Virus record (IMG/VR): IMGVR_UViG_3300030104_003363
DNA length: 64,000 nt
Reading direction: 5' to 3' (one strand)
Source of the DNA: an uncultured virus (IMG/VR IMGVR_UViG_3300030104_003363)
Taxonomy: Duplodnaviria; Heunggongvirae; Uroviricota; Caudoviricetes
This document shows positions 59,912-64,000 of this stretch, one piece after another. The stretch's first letter is position 1. The number at the start of each line of letters is the position of its first letter. Position numbers and translations under genes: made by a program. The notes beneath the pieces are model-generated. The model saw only the letters and a program-made list of their open reading frames with translations. It ran no database searches and was not told the DNA's origin.

Positions 59912-60903
59912 GTAGAGGAATGAGAGGAATGTTGGGTGCATATGCCCGATTTGGAAAAGAAGCACAAGGAACGACTGTGAAAGAGGTTTTGTGTAATGCA
60001 AAAGCCGATTTCAAGATTGGTATGGAATCTGTCTATACTAAAGATGGTAAGGTTATACCTAACCAATTTAGGACATTTAGAGAAGATACCGATGAAACTT
60101 TTGGTGTTGTAAAAGGCACATACAAAGTTATGCAAAATGAAAGATTGTTAAATATATCTGACGATTTGGTAAAAAGAGGCGTAGTAGATTGGGATAGGAT
60201 TGGACTTGTAGATAACGGTAGAAAAATCGTAGCATCTTTTAAGATGCCCGAAGGGTTCTCTATCGGTGGAATGGATGATGTAGACCAATATATCATGCTG
60301 CAAAATACAAATGATGGTTCGGGTGGAATACGTATTTTACCCTCAAATGTAAGAATTGCTTGTAGTAATCAATTTACATATATGCAAAGTCTATTGAATA
60401 AAATGGGTATCAATAAAAATGCTCTAACTATCAGACATTCAGCACGTCAAGAAGATAGGATTGCACAATTAGTCGAGGCTCTAAAAATTGTAGACCATCT
60501 CAATCAGACATTCATGGAAACAGCGACAGAGTTAATCAATGTTGAAATGTCTCAAGATGAGAGAATCAATTTCTACATAGATACTTTAGGGCTAAAACAA
60601 AATGAAGATATGATGAAGGGCGGCAAAGATTATGATGCTAACAATCCTTACGGATTAGGTACTAGAGGTCAAAATACTCTCACAGAATTGTTAGAGTTAG
60701 AGTTAGCACCAACAAATCAATTGAACGGAATGGGTGGCTCGGCTTGGGGCTGTTTTAATACAGCAACGGAATATATAGACCATTCGTGGACGTACTCAAA
60801 GGACGGCAAATCAAGTGATAGCAAAGTAGAATCAGCAATCGTAGGTGCGGGTGCTAGAATGAAGTCAAAAGCATGGGAAACCATCACGGAGATGTACGCC
60901 TAA
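59908..60903 (+). CDS. DUF932-family phage/plasmid protein
   Basis: GVV...YKVMQN, NTNDGSG, VRIACSN, IRH, AW..FN.ATEYIDH. Confidence 0.8.
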   Translation: MSRGMRGMLGAYARFGKEAQGTTVKEVLCNAKADFKIGMESVYTKDGKVIPNQFRTFREDTDETFGVVKGTYKVMQNERLLNISDDLVKRGVVDWDRIGLVDNGRKIVASFKMPEGFSIGGMDDVDQYIMLQNTNDGSGGIRILPSNVRIACSNQFTYMQSLLNKMGINKNALTIRHSARQEDRIAQLVEALKIVDHLNQTFMETATELINVEMSQDERINFYIDTLGLKQNEDMMKGGKDYDANNPYGLGTRGQNTLTELLELELAPTNQLNGMGGSAWGCFNTATEYIDHSWTYSKDGKSSDSKVESAIVGAGARMKSKAWETITEMYA

Positions 60904-61035
60904 GATTTATCGTAAAAGTAAGTAGGGGGGTAGTACCCTCTACTTACGCCTTCGGGCGTAGCCTATCTTTTGTAGGGTTCACGCTTGCGAGGCAGAATGA
61001 ATAGATTTAAGTAAAAAGAAAAAGGAGAGAGATAT

Positions 61036-61446
61036 ATGAGAACAAGATACGGTAAAACCGGAGAAATATGTAAAAGACAAAACGGAAGAATGATGATGAC
61101 TATAAGACCGACACCAACGGTTTTAGATGATAAAGATATAGCCATGTTTTTAGGTTATCTTTGTAATGTACAAATGCGTTTTGGTGATTATGGCGAAAAA
61201 ATTAGTTATCAAGAGGCTAAACAAAAAATACATGATTGGCAATATAATTGCGGTGCAGTTACACCTTTGACAAAGAAATTAATTATGGATTATCTAACAA
61301 GTAATCATTACTTAGCACAATATGAAGAATGTACTGATATGTATGAGTGTTATGATTCAGAAAATGAGTCGCATAAAGCATTACTAGAAAAAGTACATGA
61401 GATATTCCCTTCTTTTGTCGTAAAAGAAACCGAGGTGATTGCGTGA
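61036..61446 (+). CDS. Hypothetical protein
   Basis: ORF track; own promoter. Confidence 0.65.
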   Translation: MRTRYGKTGEICKRQNGRMMMTIRPTPTVLDDKDIAMFLGYLCNVQMRFGDYGEKISYQEAKQKIHDWQYNCGAVTPLTKKLIMDYLTSNHYLAQYEECTDMYECYDSENESHKALLEKVHEIFPSFVVKETEVIA

Positions 61447-61700
61447 GTAATCCTTACAGCGTTAAAGTTTATCCTATGGCTGCAAATCAGTTTAGGATAT
61501 ATCATGGTGATACGATAACATTTCAATCATACAATTCAACAATATGCACCAAAATTGAAGATAGAGTAATTTTACATGAGCCATATTGGAATATGTATTC
61601 AGCAACCACTAACAAATATTTACTAAGATTCTTAGAAGAAGATTCAATTAATACTATTAGGGAAAAAGTAAAGTCAGGAGAATATGAGGTGATTGCATAA
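61443..61700 (+). CDS. Conserved phage protein (FQSYNS...YSATT motif)
   Basis: Motif recurrent in small phage early proteins; GAGGTGA SD. Confidence 0.65.
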   Translation: MSNPYSVKVYPMAANQFRIYHGDTITFQSYNSTICTKIEDRVILHEPYWNMYSATTNKYLLRFLEEDSINTIREKVKSGEYEVIA

Positions 61701-62041
61701 TGGCTAATCTAAATATTATTACAAATCAAGTTTATGATTGGATAAACGAATCTAATACAGATTTTAACTTAGATTTCGGAGAAAAGAAACTTTACTTGGT
61801 TGTAGAATGGATTGACGGTAAATCGCTTTTTATAGAAGATTATTTTTATTTTATGAATGAATTGATTGCTGCTTATTGTGATTTAGATAGAGATACTGAT
61901 GAGGTAAAAGTAATTTGGTTTAACAGAATATTCGGAATCAATAGTGAGTATCATGGAATCGCTGATGGGAGATGGACTGATGACGCTTGCGATACACAAT
62001 CGGCAGACTTAAATAAGATGGAAAAGGAGAGAGATATATGA
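61700..62041 (+). CDS. Acidic hypothetical protein
   Basis: ORF track; GAGGTGA SD. Confidence 0.6.
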   Translation: MANLNIITNQVYDWINESNTDFNLDFGEKKLYLVVEWIDGKSLFIEDYFYFMNELIAAYCDLDRDTDEVKVIWFNRIFGINSEYHGIADGRWTDDACDTQSADLNKMEKERDI

Positions 62042-62229
62042 GTAAAAGAGAAGAAGAGATGGTAGACTTAGCCTTAACAGAATTAGAAAATGCTATGGAT
62101 GCACTACATAAACTGAATAGAGAAACGAACATAGTAGACGATGTTGAATATGATAAAATAAATAGAGCGACTTGGGATATAGAACAAGTGTTAAAAGATT
62201 GGAAAGATGAAAATATAGGGGATGAATAA
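62038..62229 (+). CDS. Small acidic helical protein
   Basis: ORF track; own promoter. Confidence 0.6.
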   Translation: MSKREEEMVDLALTELENAMDALHKLNRETNIVDDVEYDKINRATWDIEQVLKDWKDENIGDE

Positions 62230-62482
62230 AATGAGAAACGTAAGTATAAATGGACACGGCATAAAAGAAATAAGAATACTAAGAGGCAAAGGTGATTTAG
62301 ACCATTTGCTTAGAGTTATAATCGTTGGTAAAAATGATGAAGTAACCGATATTAGTTTATTTGGTATGGCTGATAAAGAAACACACAAAGATATTAAAAT
62401 ACCCGTAAAAGTAACTAGTGATATTCAAGTAACTACCCATGAGATTAATTTTCTTGGTGATATAATAGATGAAGAGGAATAA
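62222..62482 (+). CDS. Hypothetical protein
   Basis: ORF track; coupled to neighbours. Confidence 0.6.
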   Translation: MNKMRNVSINGHGIKEIRILRGKGDLDHLLRVIIVGKNDEVTDISLFGMADKETHKDIKIPVKVTSDIQVTTHEINFLGDIIDEEE

Positions 62483-62484
62483 AT

Positions 62485-62823
62485 ATGGCATTAAAAGATA
62501 CACTAACTAATTTGCACAAGTATGATGAAGAGATAGAGACATTATACAATGAACATGACTTTAACCCCAATCTTAGTTTCGCTAGGAATGCGGCTAAAAA
62601 TACTGTTTGGGCTGCTTTTTACACAGCAGCGAGAGAGGTAGGAATGACCGAAGATATGGCTAAACAATTTATTGATTCAAAGTGGTTTAGACACAATCAA
62701 GAGGAAATATACAAACAAATTACAGCGACATTATTTACAATGCTTTGGTGCGAATCATCCTTTGTTGATGATACCGAGTTTAGTAAATTAGAGCCTTACA
62801 TTGATAGAGGGGATGTAGAATGA
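62485..62823 (+). CDS. Hypothetical protein
   Basis: ORF track; GAGG SD. Confidence 0.6.
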   Translation: MALKDTLTNLHKYDEEIETLYNEHDFNPNLSFARNAAKNTVWAAFYTAAREVGMTEDMAKQFIDSKWFRHNQEEIYKQITATLFTMLWCESSFVDDTEFSKLEPYIDRGDVE

Positions 62824-62939
62824 TTAGAGATAGTTTTAAGGAAATAGTAAATGATGAGTTGATGATACTAATTATGACACAAGTTATTTTTGGGGTAATA
62901 TCATTAGGTATCTTGATTACTGCGGCTGTGATATTATGA
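62820..62939 (+). CDS. 39-aa single-TM peptide (not in ORF track)
   Basis: ATGA overlaps at both ends; hydrophobic C-terminal half. Confidence 0.55.
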   Translation: MIRDSFKEIVNDELMILIMTQVIFGVISLGILITAAVIL

Positions 62940-63520
62940 ATATACCAAAATACTACGGATATAAATACTATGTGGGCGACCCTTGTTATGTCATAGATGA
63001 TAATAGATGGGAAGAGTTTTGTACAGCCCTATGGGATGGAGAAAAAGAAAATAAAGATAATGGTTGTCCTGAATATCCCGTTTATATCGAGTGGGGTATA
63101 GATGGTATAATTTACAATATAGAAGTATGGAATAGTCCAAACGGAGATGGTGTTTGGAACTTTAGTAATACCGTAAAAGAAATGCGTGGTTGGATTGCAG
63201 GTACAGAAATGGGTGTTGATGCAGGTTTATTGGCTATCGTACCCTATGGTGCTATTTCTAATAACAGCACTTGTTCAGATAAAGATAGCATAAAAGAAAT
63301 ATCAAATCTAGGTATTATTTTTACCGAAGAACCAACCTTAGAAACAGGTATACACGTAGTAGGTGAAGTAACACTAAATTACAATGATGAAAATAATGTA
63401 TATTATTGTTATAATTGCGGAGAGCATACCTACGAACATGATGTAATAGATTGTGAAAACTATAATTGTATGGGATGCTATACGTGTTTTGAATGTGAAT
63501 GTGAGGATGAGGAAGAATGA
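62936..63520 (+). CDS. Phage protein with GDPCY / GVDAG motifs and Cys-rich acidic tail
   Basis: YVGDPCYV, GVDAGLL, CYNC..CENYNC.GC..C. Confidence 0.7.
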   Translation: MNIPKYYGYKYYVGDPCYVIDDNRWEEFCTALWDGEKENKDNGCPEYPVYIEWGIDGIIYNIEVWNSPNGDGVWNFSNTVKEMRGWIAGTEMGVDAGLLAIVPYGAISNNSTCSDKDSIKEISNLGIIFTEEPTLETGIHVVGEVTLNYNDENNVYYCYNCGEHTYEHDVIDCENYNCMGCYTCFECECEDEEE

Positions 63521-63909
63521 CTAGTAGGCGACCTAGAAAAATCATGGTTGATTTCTGTTACAGATATATTAGAGATAACGGAAAACAAAGTGCTACTGAT
63601 TTACTTCAAGCCTATGATAAACAAGATTTGAGTCTGAAAAGAATCGGTCTTTGCAGCCATCGTGAGTTAGCATCTTTATTATCCAAAGATAGACTTTTCT
63701 TTAAGGTAAAAGAAGATTGGAAAATAGTAAATGGAAATAAAGTTTACAAATATGATATTAATGATGTGCATGAGGTAGCGAAGAAATTGGCCTTGCTAAC
63801 ACATATTAGAGCGACACCTGCTCAGATGCCTAAGATACTTAGGGATGCATATCTTGACGCTTGCGAGGCAAAATCAACAGACTTAAATAGAATGAGCGAG
63901 AGGGTATAA
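63517..63909 (+). CDS. Winged-helix protein (paralog of 1222-1629)
   Basis: ELASLLSKDRLF, MPKILRDAY. Confidence 0.6.
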   Translation: MTSRRPRKIMVDFCYRYIRDNGKQSATDLLQAYDKQDLSLKRIGLCSHRELASLLSKDRLFFKVKEDWKIVNGNKVYKYDINDVHEVAKKLALLTHIRATPAQMPKILRDAYLDACEAKSTDLNRMSERV

Positions 63910-63910
63910 T

Positions 63911-64000
63911 ATGAGTAAAACAATAGAGGTAAGAATGAGAGTATTAGATTGGACATGGTGTGATGGAGATGAAGAGTGCTTCGTTACATTAGAATATACA
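63911..64000 (+). CDS. Partial ORF running off the window
   Basis: ATG 54 nt after the promoter element; open to window end. Confidence 0.55.
   Translation, partial: MSKTIEVRMRVLDWTWCDGDEECFVTLEYT

Larger units (their letters stand above)
55683..60977. repeat. Dispersed CCTACAAAA array (~37 copies, both strands)
   Basis: Counted by eye; clusters at 55683-55850, 56485-57527, 58849-59191 and one copy at 60968; five tandem copies at 15-bp period 55720-55789. Confidence 0.95.
58142..63870 (+). promoter_or_regulatory. Eight copies of upstream element ACGCTTGYGWDGCA followed by TATA (58142, 58513, 59194, 59427, 59600, 60981, 61983, 63857)
   Basis: TTAAATA/TTAAGTA-type box ~25 nt downstream; ATG at +54/55 in six of the eight. 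Confidence 0.88.
1..64000. mobile_element. Tailed archaeal dsDNA virus genome segment (magrovirus-like, siphovirus-type gene set)
   Basis: Terminase, portal, prohead protease, capsid, tail tube and tape measure genes occur with archaeal-type MCM/RFC/PCNA/PolB/primase; TATA + leaderless starts and GGTGA SD sites; no host housekeeping genes or integrase seen. Confidence 0.9.

Noticed and set aside
1..64000. Integrated provirus, or diversity-generating retroelement
   Set aside because: No integrase, host flanking genes or reverse transcriptase recognised, and no template/variable repeat pair noticed

Overview
The window is most of a tailed dsDNA (Caudoviricetes, siphovirus-type) genome with archaeal expression signals: TATA boxes about 30 nt upstream of leaderless ATGs, and GGTGA/GAGGT Shine-Dalgarno sites. 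Its gene set resembles marine Euryarchaeota (Poseidoniales/MG-II) 'magrovirus'-type viruses; the host is inferred, not shown. Layout: (i) 1-18.8 kb, + strand, an archaeal-type replication/recombination module (MCM-like helicase, RFC small subunit, probable degenerate RFC large subunit, RPA-like protein, PCNA-like clamp, PolB, PriS-PriL primase, Cas4-like and XPF/ERCC4 nucleases) plus GroES-GroEL; (ii) 18.8-49.8 kb, - strand, morphogenesis genes (portal, protease/scaffold, capsid, tail, tape measure, collagen-like fibre with a methyltransferase and a 2OG-Fe(II) oxygenase); (iii) 50.1-53.5 kb, phosphoesterase and terminase; (iv) 53.6-64 kb, small early-type genes. The most striking signals are non-coding: about 37 copies of CCTACAAAA in 55.7-61 kb; a 9-copy element ACGCTTGCGAAGCA, 7 copies of which lie 54-55 nt upstream of an ATG; an element with a perfect 28-bp core shared in inverted orientation between the heads of the replication and structural operons; a candidate ~340-nt structured RNA at 6.9-7.2 kb; and a -1 frameshift heptamer in the tail chaperone gene. 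All protein calls come from motif recognition by eye; no database searches were run.
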